DNA of 64,000 nt from Lama glama (taxonomy: Eukaryota), in NCBI GenBank assembly GCA_028534125.1, contig CM052817.1:5768001-5832000 (forward strand), given 5' to 3'. A program made the position numbers and the translations under genes. Below the pieces are notes generated by a model. That model did not search any database. It was not told the DNA's origin and worked only from the letters and a program-made list of their open reading frames with translations. Below are positions 62,270 to 64,000 of this stretch, one piece after another; the stretch's first letter is position 1, and each line of letters begins with the position of its first letter.

Positions 62270-62790
62270 GGGAAAGTGCTCCAGGCAGAGGGAACAGCAT
62301 GTGCCAAGACAGCTGAGGATGGCTTGGCATGTCCATGGTAATGGAAGGCCAGTGGGGATGAAATGGGACTGTAAAGAAAGGAGTGGGCTGCATGGAATGG
62401 GAAGGGCTGAAAAGGGCAGGCGATGTGGGACCATAAAGGTGATAATAATAAAGTTGATTGTTCTTGAATTTTTGGGGGGGATAGAGTGAGAAACTGTTGC
62501 TGGGTTCTAAGCAAGGGGAGGACATGGTGTGGCTTGCATTTTCAGGAGAAGCCTCTGGCTTCAGAGTGGCAAGTGGATTAGAGGCAGGCGAGGGAGGAAG
62601 GTGGCACCCTGTTGGGAGACTCTGCATGTCATGGTGGCCTGGACCAGGTGGCAGAGATGAAAGAAGGGGGTAAATCTGAGATATTTTTTGAATGTAGAAT
62701 GGACAGGACTAACTGGGTCATTGGCTCCAAGTCTGGGGAGAGATGGTGTTGGCGATGGCAAAAGAGGACACAGCAGACTGCCAGGTTTCT
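62270..62790 (-). mobile_element. L2 fragment
   Basis: ccaggcagagggaacagcatgtgccaa...atggtggcctggaccagg. Confidence 0.75.
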
Positions 62791-63637
62791 GGCGTAAGCA
62801 AACAGGCTGATGGCAGGAGGTAAGGCAGGGAGAGGTAGTACCCTCTCCCTGTGTGACATCTGTTCTCCTCCCATTTTCTCTCTCCTTCTGGATCCATAAC
62901 TACCTTGCTCATTGTACGAAGTGAGGCCAGACTACATTATCAACAATTAGAGCTTTTTCTAACGATGATGAAGTTTCCATGTGTTAATACACAAAATGCT
63001 CTGATCTGCCATCATCCAGATTCACTCAACAAACCCGTGCTGATATGGACACAGAAATAAACCAAACATGGCCCCAGGATATCAAAGATCTAGTCCATGG
63101 GAGCTGATAAAGCACTGTATCATTTAAGAATGCTCTTGCCTGCAAGAAACAGGATATCCCAACTTAAAATAGCTAAGCAACAGGGACATTTACTAGGACT
63201 ATTGATCTTGTGGCTCCATAATGGGGTCAGGAATCCAGGTGCTTCCTCCTGCTTCATTTGGCTAGCCTAAGGCTGCACCCACTCAATTATAGGACGCCTC
63301 CTAGTAGCAGTTTCGGCTACATGCTTTCCCATTCATGTTTCACTGGAGAGACTAACCCTGGTCTCTCAGAGATCTCTTGATGCTAACAAGAACTTTCTTA
63401 AAAGCCTCCAGCAAACCTCTCTTTATGTCCTGGTTGGGGCCCAGGCCCCTTAATAAGCCAATAGCTGGAAAGTGGGATGGGAACCATCACCTGGATTCCA
63501 TTCCTCTATCTTCTTCTTCCCACCTTATTAAATAGCACCACCGTTCACCAGTTGCTCAACCAAAAGTCTTGACTTCATCCTTGACTCTTGCCCTTGATCC
63601 ACACCCTTCAACTAAGCCATTTGGACTCATCCCTGTC

Positions 63638-63850
63638 TGTTATGGGTTGAATTTTGTCGTCCCCTTCCCCAACAATTTAGATGTTAAAGTGCTAACCTCA
63701 GCACCTCAGAATGTGACCTTATTTGGAAATAGGGTCACTGCAGATGTCATTAAGATAAGGTAATATTGGAGTAGGATGGGCCCTACTGGCCCCTTCTCCC
63801 AGTCTACCCTACTCTAATATGACTAGTTTTCTCACTAAAAGGGAAAACTT
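63638..63850 (+). mobile_element. MLT1 LTR 5' part
   Basis: tgttatgggttgaattttgtc...gaatgtgaccttatttggaaatagggtcactgcagatg. Confidence 0.85.
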
Positions 63851-63856
63851 GTCATT

Positions 63857-64000
63857 TTTAGCAAAGTAAGCCAGAAAGAGAAAGAAAAACACCATATGAT
63901 ATCACTTATTTGCAGAATCTTAAAAAAAAAAAAGACAAACGAAATTATTTACAAAACAGAAACAGACTCACAGACATAGAAAACAAACTGACATTACTCG
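63857..64000 (+). mobile_element. Young-looking L1 3' end, runs off the window
   Basis: agcaaagtaagccagaaagagaaagaaaaacaccatatgatatcacttat...aaacagactcacagacatagaaaacaaact. Confidence 0.85.

Noticed and set aside
1..64000. Prokaryotic-type systems (CRISPR arrays, operons, defence islands), rRNA or intact autonomous transposons
   Set aside because: The sequence is mammalian intronic DNA; I saw no repeat-spacer arrays, rRNA, or intact L1, ERV or transposase ORFs.

Overview
Mammalian genomic DNA, very likely camelid: the only lineage-specific SINE is a Vic-1-like tRNA-derived element at 43921-44046, and I see no Alu, B1/B2, Bov-tA/BovB, PRE1 or SINEC. The whole window lies inside SLC2A9 (GLUT9, the urate transporter) on the minus strand. 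Four exons are recognisable, equivalent to human exons 3, 5, 6 and 7 (60373-60213, 52941-52800, 21371-21239, 2046-1861), all with canonical AG/GT ends. The gene looks inactivated: a 4-nt deletion in exon 5, two 1-nt deletions in exon 7, no recognisable exon 4, and radical changes in conserved GLUT motifs (helix-7 QLCGLNA to QLRYLDA, PESPR to PESPH, lost NES sequon). The rest is intronic DNA rich in L1, L2, MIR, MaLR/ERV solo LTRs and DNA transposons, including nested and atypical insertions. Apart from SLC2A9 and L1 remnants, the ORF-track entries are not credible genes. Human comparisons and repeat family names come from memory, not from alignments or database searches. Boundaries of old repeats are approximate.
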